Shown here one piece after another: positions 10,195 to 21,145 of a DNA stretch of 64,000 nucleotides. Origin of the DNA: an uncultured delta proteobacterium (GTDB lineage Bacteria > Desulfobacterota > Binatia > DP-6); the NCBI GenBank assembly GCA_963815115.1, contig CAWFFN010000007.1, forward strand, positions 448,001 through 512,000, written 5' to 3'. Position 1 is the stretch's first letter; the number at the start of each line of letters is the position of its first letter. Position numbers and translations under genes: made by a program. The notes under the pieces are model-generated. The model saw nothing but the letters and a program-made list of their open reading frames with translations. It had not been told where the DNA came from and ran no database searches.

Positions 10195-10623
10195 TCAGTG
10201 TCTCGTCACTGCGATCCCGATCTGGACGAGCATCAGGACAACGACCAGTACGTTGAGCAGCCAGACCCGTCGACTCAGCTGATTGCCGGTCTCAACCGTG
10301 CCGTTCAACGCCTTCGCCCCATCCCGAAGAGCGCCGGTCAGCGCGTCGAGCTGGCTGGTGGCGTCCGATGCTCCCTGCTCCATGGCCTTCGTCAGACCGC
10401 CGACTTTGCTGCCCAAGTCCATTAGGTTCGCGGAGACGGCGTGCGTCGCGCGGTTCAACTCTGAAGCCACCATCACCGCGAGTCGTGCATCCAACTCGGT
10501 TCTTCTCTCCTGCCCGAACGCGGTGGCAGGGGGGACCTGGCCGAGTACCTGCCGGATGCTGTCGGGCATTTCGTAGTCGTCAGGCAGCTTCGGCGCCGGC
10601 GGACTCTGGCGGTTGTCCGGCAT
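10195..10623 (-). CDS. hypothetical coiled-coil protein with C-terminal transmembrane helix
   Basis: AAAGGGGG RBS; helical repeats; VWLLNVLVVVLMLVQIGIAV. Confidence 0.6.
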   Translation of the reverse strand: MPDNRQSPPAPKLPDDYEMPDSIRQVLGQVPPATAFGQERRTELDARLAVMVASELNRATHAVSANLMDLGSKVGGLTKAMEQGASDATSQLDALTGALRDGAKALNGTVETGNQLSRRVWLLNVLVVVLMLVQIGIAVTRH

Positions 10624-10946
10624 GATCGATCCCCCTTTCGGTTCCTCGCTGGTAACGGCTAGGGCATGGCGAAGCTATCCCCCGGTCCATCTTCCACAGG
10701 GGCCCTTCGTTTGAGGGTACCTCTGCCGCGACGACTGTCTGGTCGGGTCGCTCGCCGCCGCGCCGCCTCCACCGTGCCCGGATTGGCCGACTCGGCGGCG
10801 AGCGCCCAACACCAAAACGAAACGCGGCACGCTGGGGTTGACCCGGCCCGTATGAGTCGTCGACCCTTTGCCTGAGCCGTGGCACCCCCCGCGACTCAAA
10901 CCGGCTGACAGTAGCGACCGGCAGAAATGGTCTCACAATCTGGCGC

Positions 10947-11033
10947 GGACCCCTTCCTAGCCGTCTAGACCCAATCCTGGCGGGGTTCCGCCGCGTGGCG
11001 CGCTGGCCACGGCAGACCCCCGTCGGCTACCGA
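10947..11033 (+). repeat. diverged second copy of the attL-adjacent arm sequence (9656-9744)
   Basis: Shared blocks GGACC, TAGCCGTCTAGA, GGCCACrGCAG, TCGGCTACCGA in the same order. Confidence 0.7.
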
Positions 11034-11433
11034 GTCACGGCGGCAGACGCGCACAACATCCTGCTGTTGAGAACGATAACCATAGGTTGCGACTTCGGCT
11101 GATCGTAGCCATCGAGTGATGGGACTGATGCCGGCGACTGAGCGCGCGCCGCACCTCTGCCCGAGTTCTGCGAATCGACGAGTTCCTGCGCTTCCGAGTG
11201 AGGCTCGATCGCGCGCCCGACGCGGTGGTGCCATGCCAGGGCTCGGTCGGCGCCCAACCGTCGGGAGGCCAGACACAACGTCACGGCGAACGCGACACGG
11301 TGTACGGACCGCCGCGACGCAATGTCGGCCAGCCGCACAAGATGGCGACGAGCCAAGGTCGATGCCGTCGCGTGTTCCCTCCGGACGCGCTGTGGCGTCC
11401 CGACCAGTCGCTGTGGCAAGATGACACGCGCGT

Positions 11434-12403
11434 ATGTGGCCCTGGTCGACCGCCAGGATATTCGTGAGCTATCGGCGTGGCTCCGCTGGAGGATGGACGC
11501 CGCGGCTAGTCGACACGTTGAAGCGGCGCATCGCGTCGAAGAGGATCTTCGTGGACGTCGAAGGCATCGAGGCCGGCGACGATTTCGCGAAAGTCATCGA
11601 GCGCGAAGTTTCGAGGTCGTCGGTCGTGTTGGCGATCATCTCCCCCGGTTGGAGCTCCATCGCCGACGCACAGGGCCGTCGACGCCTAGAGGACCCAAAG
11701 GACCTCGTTCGGATCGAGATCGAGACAGCCCTCGCGCATAGCATTCGGCTCATTCCGGTCCTCGTCGGAGGATGTCCTCCTTTGGTGGCCACCGACCTGC
11801 CCGAGTCAGTGCAGGCCTTGGCGGAACGTCACGCCGTCGAGATCAGCGACAAGCGGTGGAACTATGACTGCAACATTCTCGCCAGCGAGCTGGCGAAGCT
11901 CGTTCCCTTCAGGGTATGGAACATCCGACGTGCTGTGACGGTCGGTGTTTGCGCGCTCGTGCTCTTGGCCCTCGCAAGCATCTACGATGACAAGTCGACC
12001 CAGCCCCCCGTATCGAGGCCGACAAACCAATCGCGCGACGCGTCGCAGCCGAGCTTGCCGCACCCTGCAGTTCCGCCACCATCCATTGGAATTGACGCAC
12101 GAGCTATTGACGCAGCCGCCCGTGCACGGGCCAATGACGCGGTCCGCCGTGCACAATCGGCAGCTGGGAGGGCAGCGGAGGCCGGGTATCTGCCTGAGCG
12201 CATTGGACACGGTGTCCGATTACGCCAAGAGCCTTGGACGCCAGTCCGTTGTCGACGCGGATGAGGCTGCCAGAAGCGCCGTCGCCGCAGCCGAGCAGGG
12301 CGGCCCCGACGCGCCCGGCGTTGCCGAGTCCGCAGCCACGAGAGCCGAACGCGACGCTGCGCGCGTCAACAGTCTGCTCGAGCAAGAGATGGATCGACGC
12401 TAA
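11434..12403 (+). CDS. TIR_2 domain + transmembrane helix + helical C-terminus (frameshift near 12190)
   Basis: IFVSYRR, IFVDVEGIEAGDDF, VVLAIISPGW, DLVRIEIETAL, RLIPVLV; TM AVTVGVCALVLLALA. Confidence 0.85.
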
Positions 12404-12800
12404 CGCCTGTTCGATCAAGAGACAGGTCGAAGGTCTCTCCGCTGAGTTCCGGCGGTTCGTCGCTAGCCCTTCCCTAGCCCACCCCTAGCCCAGGATCATC
12501 ACCATGCCCAATCGGCGGGACCGCAACCGCATCGACTCGGATATCCGTCTCCCACGACGCCGTTCTCGTCGTCATCGAGTTGCCATCAGACCGTCGATGC
12601 TGATCCCGCTGGTTGCCCGAGTTGCTCGGCATCCCGGAGACTGAGGCGTTGCAGCTGCTCGATGACCTGGAGGCTGTGGGGCTGCCTCGTGAGCGCGACG
12701 GGGCCGGTGCAGTCGAGAATGCGTGCCAGCGATGCCGCGAAACTCTGGGTCGGCGGTTAACGTTGCTCGTTCGGTGGTCGGCCGGTAGGCTCAGACTCCA

Positions 12801-13685
12801 GTGCCCACGACGCCACCGCGTGACCTGCTCGACCGCGACTTGAGCAAGGCCCAGATGCGGGAGGCCATCGAGGTTGCCGTTCCGCTGCTCCAAGAAGTCG
12901 TGAACCATGGTGTGGCGGTACTGGCCCGTTGCCTTCCCGTGGTAAAGGACGAGGAACACCACCTCGCCATCCTTCTACTGTACCGGCATTTCCTGGAGAT
13001 GGTCGACGGCGTGGAAGTGCTCCTGGGGGCGCCAGCCAGCAGCGCGGCTCAACTGTTACTTCGGAGCGCCTTCGAGTTCATCCGCCATCAAGTACATGAT
13101 CGACGCAGACACGCAGCGCCGCGCCTTTGCTTACCTGGCTGCCCAGGCACAGCGCGAGATAGCGGCGCTGTGCACAGTGACGAAGAAGTACCCCGACCTT
13201 GTTGAGGCGAAGCACGTCGCCGAGAACATGATGACGTTCCAGGACCGGCTCGATCGACCAGGATGGCGGGAGGCGAACGAGGAGTTGCTGCGACTCGCCA
13301 GGAACGCGCTCGAAGAACGGGAAGGTTCGCACTAGTCCACTGGTTTTCCGCGTGGGGCGGTCCAGGTACGCTCGCGGACCTCGCCGGGCGACTCGGCACG
13401 GCGAAGGCGAGGGAGTACGACATACTCTACCGTCAGTGGTCAGCCGTCGTCCATGCCGGCGATATCGAGAGCAACCTGAAGAGAGGGCCCAGTGAGAGCA
13501 TGGTCATCCGGCGCCTACGTCTGTCTGTCGACTTCGGCGGGATAGTAGACTTCGCAGTCAACTTCGCCTACGAGACGGCCCGCGATGTACTTTCCCTCTA
13601 CCGCCCAGGCGAAGAGCGCGCGCTTGCCGAGTGGTTCCTTCGCGAGGTTCGTGACCGACGCAACCGGCTCACTGGCACGGCCTGA
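12801..13685 (+). pseudogene. DUF5677-like protein, two frameshifts
   Basis: LLLRSAFE (RxxxE) and YRQWSAVVH (YxxxSxxxH) motifs spread over three consecutive frames. Confidence 0.65.
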
Positions 13686-14384
13686 TTGGTTACGCAGGGA
13701 GATTCCCGGAGGGATCCGCGCCGACTCGACGCGCACCGGAACCCTCTGACCGCCGCCGCGTGGCTGTACGGGGATCCTCAGATCCAACCAGGGGCATCCT
13801 CGTCGGGGGGATGGACGTGCCACCCACGCCTCAGCGGGCCGCAGCGCCCGCCTGGCGCGCGCTGGGGGCCGTGTTGCGCGCGGTGCTTGCGTGTCTACGT
13901 CAGCGGGACCTCGGCCTCGACCTCGGCGTAGTCTCGCGCCCGAAGCGCCGCATGCGGCCGTACGGCCGGGCGGCAGATGCACCCGGCCCGGCGCCTCCTC
14001 GTCGGGGCCAGGACGCCGGGGACGTGCACGGCACGACCACCACCACGGTGGCGCCGTGACGGCCATCATCGCCGCCCCGCTGATCGACCCGCGCTATGCG
14101 CTGGTGATCGCGGTCGCCCTCTTCGCCTGTGCCATGGCGGCGATCGGGGCCGAGCGAAAAAATATCAGCGTTCTACATGCGGGGCGCCCGCGTACCCGGC
14201 TATCTTGAGTCGTAGACGTGCGGGATGGAAGAAGACCGGGCCCATGGGCCCTGACGGGCAGTAGGGTGATGGGAGATAAGCCTCCCCTTGACAGAATGAC
14301 AAGAAATTCCTTCCACTACGGCAAGGCCGGGTTTGTTAAGAGCGCACATGCCAAGGTCGACCGGGCCCTCACGGGTCGGGCGGG

Positions 14385-14441
14385 CTGGACGTCGACGACA
14401 ACCTGGACGTCGACAACAGCCCTGGACGTCGACCGACAACC
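14385..14441 (+). repeat. three tandem 18-19 bp repeats (iteron-like)
   Basis: CTGGACGTCGAC at 14385, 14403 and 14422. Confidence 0.7.
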
Positions 14442-14951
14442 CACCTCCGTCATCGAGCGCCGGTTGGAACCGGACGCCCGTCAGGAATGCCCCTGGTACG
14501 CACACAGACGGCCGGAGACGCGCTTGCCCGTACGGGCCGGATTCGTCGCCTGGCCGTTGGCCCAGGAGGGCCGCAAATGGCCCCGGTGCTAGACAGGATC
14601 TCTCCTGCCGTAGCAGATACTGCATGCTGGCTGGGTGCTGTAGAGGCCTCGTGTAGCCCTGCGCGGCCGTAGGCCGGGTCATCCGTCCAGCCTGGGCGTG
14701 GGAAAGGCCGAAAACTGCCCGCGCATCGCGAAAGGGAATGCGTGAGGGGCCAGCCGCCATCGGGACCGAACTTCGAGAACCGACCCGGACCCCCACCCCC
14801 GGCCGTACGGGCCGTGGTTCCGGTGAGCTGCCTTGCTGCGGTAGTACCTTCTCCGCATCGTGTGCATCTGCAAGAATTCTTCTTGCCAGGTATACCCCGT
14901 TTGGGAGGCCGGAGCTTTACATTAGACGCTAGTCTGTGGTAAACGGAGGGC

Positions 14952-15693
14952 ATGACAACACGGTGAAAGCGATAGGGTACTGCGCGTCTAGACGACGCGC
15001 AGGGCAGCAACGGCGGCGGCCTCGCTGCACAACGCGAAGCGATCACGCGGCTAGCGGACGCACGCGGATGGCAGCTGGTAGAGGTGGTCGAGGACGTCGG
15101 CGTGTAGGGCAGCGTGCGCTGGCGATCGCGCGCCGGGGCACGGGCGCTGGCACTGCTCCGGGATGGGGGCGCTGACGTGCTGGTGGTCAGCAAGCTAGAT
15201 CGCTTGTCGAGGTCTGCCACGACCTCGCCGGGCTGCTCGAAGAGAAGGCGAGACGTCGGAGGATAACGGAAGCGCCGGGGTGAGTACACCAGCTGGCGCC
15301 TGGTGTCGGCGACCTCGGCGAACTTGATATGACCACGCCCGTGGGGGAACTGGTCGCGAACGTCCTCGGCGCGCCAGCCGGATGGAACGGCGCATGATCG
15401 GCGTGAGAACGAGCGAAGCCTACGGGCAAGCAGCAACGCGCCGGGCTGCGTCTGGGCAGTGCACGGCGATGGCAGACGAGACGCGGGCGCTCGTGTTGTC
15501 GCTCTACGCGAAGCACCGGGGCTGGTCGGCGTGGGCCTCGGCGCTCAACGAGCGCGAGGTACGACGGCGAGCGGGGGCGTGCGGTGGTACCGAGCAGCGT
15601 GCGCAGCGTCGTGCTGGCGGCCAGCGCGACGTGCAGCGTTGCGGCCAGCACCTCGGCGCCGTCGGGACGACTGGCGCGGCTACATGCGCGTGA
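14952..15693 (+). pseudogene. serine recombinase/resolvase, multiply frameshifted
   Basis: GGAGGG RBS; KAIGY, LAAQREAI, VLVVSKLDRLSRS, DMTTPVGELVANVLG, ERRMIGVRT across frames. Confidence 0.8.
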
Positions 15694-16492
15694 CCCTTGC
15701 TCGGTGTCTCGGTCGCGGGTAGCGCGTGGGTCTCTGCCTCCTCTGTAGTGGCACTACGGCTCATGGCTCATGACCCATTCGCTCTACGGGCGCGTCGCTA
15801 AGTGCCTGATAACGCTTGCCTGTGACCCACCGTTCTCGCTGGCAAACCCCCACGGCTCAATAGGCTGGGATGTGCGGCGAACGCGCGTTCTGAAGACACA
15901 TAGGAGGGTCCACCATCGGCCTAGATTTCTCGGTCCATGGTCCGCTGACTTCGAGGTCTGGTTGACAAGGTGCTTTGGCGGCGATCTGGAGGCGTCGGTC
16001 GGCGTAGTCGAGGTGGCGCACCAACTGTCCGCTCGTCCGCGAGAGGACAGTGTCCGGCGACCCGTGGAAGACGAGAACGCTCGCGACGGGCAGGTGGAAG
16101 CGGAGGTGGACATGAGGACGAGAGCGGGGCGCGGGTTTCTCCCTGACGTCCGATGTGGCTCTGGTAGCTCAGGTCTCGATCAGTACGGTGCTGAACGCAG
16201 AACGACCGGGGCGAATTGATCCCGGTCGGGTCGAATACTACCAAAAGGGCTTCGCATTTTCGATCGGGTCGAGGTGCGCTGCTGGACGGCGGCACGGGCC
16301 ACTGGTGGTGAGGGGGTGTGATGGCGATGTGGAACGACAACGAACCGACGACGCGACCTGGCGGCGCTCCCGGCCGAGGCTGAGCAACTCAAGGCCGAGA
16401 GGCCCATTGGCGAACTGTATGGCAGGCCGAGGAGCGCGCCCGCAAGCAGGCGCGAGGCGGCGGCTTGTCGGGCAGCGGAACTGGCGACGCGC

Positions 16493-17492
16493 GTGGAGCG
16501 ACTGCGCGACACAGCGATGCCGCTCCTGCCGCACCTCACGGCGGACCAACTCACCGGCACATTCGAGCCGGTGTTTGTGCAGCTGCTCGATCAGTTGGAG
16601 GAAGACGCCGCCTGGGACGTTGATACCGACGCCGTCGGCGAGCTGCGATGGGAACTCGGGGGCGCGTACAAGCGGCGCCTGAAGGTGGTGCAGGACGCGG
16701 ACCAGAAGCGCCTGAAGGTGGTGCAGGACGCGGCACGCGTCGCGGACTTGGAGGCCGCCATCGCGCGGTTCAGCGCACATGTGTTCGCACCCGATGCCCA
16801 TCGGCAGCCGTGGTGGTGCACGTTGGTCTTCGAGGCCCGGTACCTCAAAGACGATTGCGGTGCGCTCCCCGTGGAGCAGGACCGCACACGGTTGCTGCAG
16901 GCACTGCAGCCGGCCAGGCTGCGGGTCGAGGAGCAGGAGCAGCGCGCCAAGCAGGACGCCGCAGCGGTCGAGCTGGAGGCGTGGCGCACCCGCGCCGTGA
17001 CCTGCTCATGGATCCCGGACCTATGCTTCCTCGATGCGGTGCCGTGCGACTACAAGGCTGCCTGGCGCCAGATCGATGATCTGCCCGCTGCGCAGGTGCT
17101 CCGGGGCTTGCGTGACTGGAGCGTGTGGAAGTCGTTCCCGCTCGACGCCTTCAGGGTGGTGCGTGACTACATGAACCAGGCTATCCGCCGGCCAGCGGAT
17201 CATCGTCGCTGGGACTGGCCCGCTGACGCCGAGACCGGGGCGTTCGATGCGCAGGGCCGGCCGTTCCCGCACAAGTTCGGATTTCTGGCCGTGCTGCGGG
17301 CGGTGGCATGGCAGCGCGGGATCGGCACCGCCGAGGCGGCGTGGAAATGGGACCAACGACGCCGGGCGAAGGTGAAGGTCGCCGCCATCTGCGGCGGCGT
17401 GTGCCGCGCCTGCGGTGCGCCGGAGGCGGATGCCGTCGAGCCCTTGGAGTTAAACCACCTCCTGTACGGCCAAGGTGGTCAGAAGCGAAAGG
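16493..17492 (+). pseudogene. phage-type protein with C-terminal HNH-like start, interrupted by IS3 (true start probably upstream)
   Basis: CGGVCRACG...LELNHLLY immediately before the IS inverted repeat; internal 33-nt tandem duplication at 16675-16733. Confidence 0.5.
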
Positions 17493-18754
17493 TGGTCTTG
17501 CCCGTCCGGGCGAACACCTGAGTTAAGCCGCTGCGCGGCGATTCCAGTATCGGTCTCGTAGTCGACGGGGCTCATCATGTCGATGGCTGAGTGCGACGCT
17601 GGCGGTTGTAGACGGCTTCGATCCAGTGAACGGTCGCCGTACGTGTGCGAGCCGGGTCGGCTATGACCGGGGCTCGATCAGCGGAGCTTGTAGGTCGCGA
17701 AGAAGGACTCGGCGAGGGCGTTGTCCAGCAGACGCCGGTCTTTCCCATTGACTGTTTCACGCTGTGCGCATCGCACAGTGCCCGGAACTCGGCCGAGGTG
17801 TATTGGCTTCCCCTGTCCGAGTGGAAGATAGACACCTCAACGTTTCCGCTGCGCGTAGCGACGGCCATCATCAACGCATCGCACACGAGCGATGCGCGCA
17901 AGTGACCGGCGAGGGAGAATCCGATCACGCGACGCGAGAAGACGTCGATGACCGTCGCCAGGTACAGCCAGCTCTCCCACGTGCGGATGTAGGTGATGTC
18001 GCTGACCACAGCATGTCGGGGGACGGCGCTTCGAACTTCCCATGCACGAGATCGGGGATCGCCGGCGGTGTCGGTTCCGGTGTCGTCGTACGGACAGCGC
18101 GGTGGGCGACGACCTCGCAGGCTCGCTGCCTTCATCAACCGCGCTACGCGCTTGCGGCCGACCTCGTGGCTCTGGGCCTGCAACTCAGCCAGCACGCGGG
18201 GCACGCCGTATTGGCTGTCCGACGCCGCATGGATCGCCTTGATCTTCGCCAGCAGTGCCGCATCGTCTCGTTCACGCTGCGACGGCGGCCCGTCCTGCCA
18301 CTCGTAGTAGGCGGTGCGGGAGACCTGGGCGATCCGGCAAAGCTGCGTCACCGAATACCGACGACTCTCCGCCTCGACGAACCGGTACCGGCTCATCGGG
18401 TCTCCATCGCGAAGAAAGCCGCCGCCGCTTCAAGATGTCGCTCGTCGCGGAGCACCGCACCTCGCGCTGCAACGCGCAGCTCCTCGCGCTCCTCGGTCGT
18501 CAGCCCTCCCGTTCGCCGCGTCGACCGCACCTGCTCGACCAGCGGCGCACCGCTGTCTCGCTCAGGTCCATCTCCCGACAAATCGTCGGGATCGTCCGGT
18601 CACTCTGACGCCAAGGCGACGACTCGGCTTGAACGAACTCGTGAACGATCGCTGTGGGCGGCGACTCGCTGCCTTGCCTCCACTTCTTCCGCATCGAACA
18701 CCTCCTCGTGGGCTCACGCCACATCTGGGGTGTTCGCGGTGAGGGGCGAGTAAG
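17493..18754 (-). mobile_element. IS3-family insertion sequence, degenerate (ends approximate)
   Basis: OrfB YGVPRV, VGRKRVARLM, SDITYIRT, YLATVIDVFSRRVIG, FHSDRGSQY; OrfA AAAFFAMETR; imperfect IRs sharing GCGAACACC. Confidence 0.88.
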
Positions 18755-19000
18755 GTCAAGACGGACAAGTTGCGGAGCGACTCATCACGCATGCCGCGAC
18801 ATGGGGGACCGCTGTGGTGGGTCGAGCTGCTGTGCAGCGATGCATGCCATCAGACGGAGGCCAACGGGCCGGTGTCGTGTGGGGGCGACGCTCGATATGT
18901 GCGGACCGGCGAGCCACGCGGGTGATGACTTCCCGAGGGCTTGGCTTGCACGGTGCCTGTCGCGGCGCGCACGGCCCGGCACCGGCCCGTAGGGGCGGTT

Positions 19001-19089
19001 AGGCGTCAGGCATGAGGTTGTACTTGCAAGCAAACTGGGTAGTCAGGATGGAGTACCCTGACTATAACCCCCTCGCAATCCTGACGCCT
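19001..19089. mobile_element. 89-bp MITE-like inverted-repeat element
   Basis: Terminal AGGCGTCAGG/CCTGACGCCT; internal TAGTCAGG...CCTGACTA hairpin; lower GC than flanks. Confidence 0.6.
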
Positions 19090-19171
19090 CAGTGAACATG
19101 CCGAAAGGACGCGGGAATTGACCATCTGGGCACATCTGCGCTTCCGGTCCACCTCGGACTGCCTGACGTGC

Positions 19172-19330
19172 TCACATGCCATAGCACGTTGTGTCCGCGC
19201 GCGGGTCGATCGCCGAATGCATGTACTTCGACTCGATGTCCGAGTTGATGGACTCCGACTCGGTCGGCTCGACCGACGGCCAACCGCCCGCGCTGAGCCT
19301 TGGCGCGGAGCGCGTGAAGTCCGGCCACGG
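19172..19330 (-). pseudogene. possible XRE-type HTH repressor remnant
   Basis: LHALRAK...ADRVGVHQ plus SDIESK in an adjacent frame; divergent from xis/int. Confidence 0.3.
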
Positions 19331-19383
19331 GACTGACGCCTGCCGAAATTCCTGCAGGCCACACACGCGATCCCGGCCACGGG

Positions 19384-19419
19384 GTCGCCTCGCAGATGCG
19401 TCGTCAGGCGGCTTTTTTT
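19384..19419 (+). terminator. intrinsic terminator/attenuator upstream of xis-int
   Basis: GTCGCCT...AGGCGGC stem followed by TTTTTTT. Confidence 0.55.
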
Positions 19420-19462
19420 GCGGGGCGTAGCGAAACCGGCGACTACCCTATCCTCGTAGGTA

Positions 19463-19838
19463 GTGAAGACCGAACGAATAGGCAGCCGCCTGCGCCGCTG
19501 CCGACCGTCGCGGACATCGACCACTTGCCGCTGGCCGAGTTGCCGGCGTTGCCAGCGCGATGTCGGCGCTGCTCGCGTACATCACCCTGCGGCTGCGGTC
19601 GTTGGTGACCGACCACGGCGACGACTGCGACGTGTTCGACGTCGTGGAGGCCGCGCGTCGCATCGGCTGCAGCGAGGACGTGCTCCGCGAGCACGGCCAG
19701 ACGTGGGGCGTCGCGCTCGTGTTGACGCGGGACAAGAACGGCAGGCCGACCCGCGTGGTCTACCCTCGCGCCTTGGTGCGGGCGTACCTCGAACGGCGTC
19801 TGCCGAACATGCCGGCGACAACGTCGGCAGCCGCGTGA
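19463..19838 (+). CDS. excisionase-like HTH protein (5' part frameshifted)
   Basis: FDVVEAARRIGCSEDVLRE HTH, directly upstream of the integrase. Confidence 0.6.
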
Positions 19839-19890
19839 TAGCTCGGCGGCACGGGCGTCGAGACCGACGGCCCGCAGAAGGAGGAACGAC

Positions 19891-21038
19891 GTGATGGCGA
19901 AGAGATCGAAGCTGCCGCCGGGCCTGTACCGGCGGCGGAAGCGCGACGGCACCCCCGGAGAGGTGTGGTGGTTCTGGTACCGGCCGCCGGGGAGCAAGCG
20001 CGCGGTGCAGATGAGCACGCGCACGGTCGACCTCGTCGAGGCGGAGCACTTCATGCACCGCAAGCTGGCCGAGGATACGCAGGCCCGCGCCGCGCGGATC
20101 GTTACGGCCTCGGTCACGGTGGCCGACGCGCTGGCGCTGCTCCGGAAGCACCGCGACGCGCGTGGTACCGCGATCCACCGCGCTCTCTACGCGGGCTTGC
20201 AGCACGCACTGGGGCATCTACTCGTCGGTGATCTGCGCCCCGTCCACCTCGATGACCTGTGCGCCAGGTGGCGGGCCGTGGCATCGAGTACCCGGACCGC
20301 GACCTGAAGAGGAACCCGCAGCACTCCGTCAGCGGGACGACGTGCAACCACGGCATGCGGATGCTCCGTCTGGCCCTGCGGCTCGCGTCCGTCAAGCTGG
20401 CGGTGCCGTTGCCGCCCGGCCTCGGCGACCCGCTGGCGTACCCGAAGTTCTCGGAGCCGATCACCGGCCAGTACATCCCGCCGGGTGACTTCTACGCCAT
20501 CCTGAGCCACATCGACGCGGGCCCGAAGCAGGCCCTGACCGAGGTTGCATACCTGACCGGAGTCCGGAAGGGCCAACTCCGGAAGACCGAGATACGGAAC
20601 GTCGCGTGGAGCGTGGCACCGTGACGGCGTTGGTGTGGGACTTCGGCAAGGTGAAGAACCGGCGCGAGCACGTCGTTGCCTGGCAGGCAGGGCGCAGGAG
20701 ATCATGCAGGAGTTGTGGAAGGGCCGGCGCCCCGGCTGCCCGATCTTCCACCTCGACGGCCGGTCGGTCGGGGAGCTGCGGAGCGAGTGGGAGCGCGCCT
20801 GCACGGCCGCAGGCTTCGCCGTGGGCCGGAAGGCACACGGCTTCGTCTTCCACGACACGAGGCGCTGCGGCGACCACCAACATGTCGGCCACCGGGCACG
20901 CCGGACGTCGTCGCGCGGACCATCACGGGGCACCGGACGGCGTCGATGCAGTCGCGCTACAACATCACCCAGGAGAGCGCCCAGCGGGCAGCACTCGCGG
21001 CCGTCGACCGCCTGATCAAGGCCGGGCGGGGTGCCTGA
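19891..21038 (+). pseudogene. tyrosine recombinase/integrase, about 4 frameshifts
   Basis: AAGGAGG RBS; N-terminal arm-binding-like domain; AYLTGVRKGQL, VKNR, FHDTRR, TGHRTASMQSRY catalytic motifs. Confidence 0.9.
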
Positions 21039-21050
21039 GATGCCCGGTTT

Positions 21051-21072
21051 GTTGACGCACGCGTTGACGCAC
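21051..21072 (+). repeat. arm-type integrase binding repeats, right end
   Basis: GTTGACGCAC x2 at 12-bp period. Confidence 0.7.
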
Positions 21073-21103
21073 GGGGTGGAACGGACGACTTTGGCGCTCC
21101 AGC

Positions 21104-21131
21104 TTGACCCCGCAAAGGCGAGCAGTACAAG
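21104..21131 (+). promoter_or_regulatory. element-borne sigma70-type promoter for tRNA-Gly
   Basis: TTGACC-N16-TACAAG, ending 14 nt before the tRNA. Confidence 0.6.
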
Positions 21132-21145
21132 CACTTCTCGCTCTT

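Noticed and set aside
10920-10945. CTCACAA as the anticodon loop of a tRNA-Val fragment
   Set aside because: Upstream sequence forms no acceptor or D arm.
18990-19010. GTTAGGC as an integron attC end
   Set aside because: No matching RYYTAAC upstream, no cassette array, and the integrase does not look like IntI.
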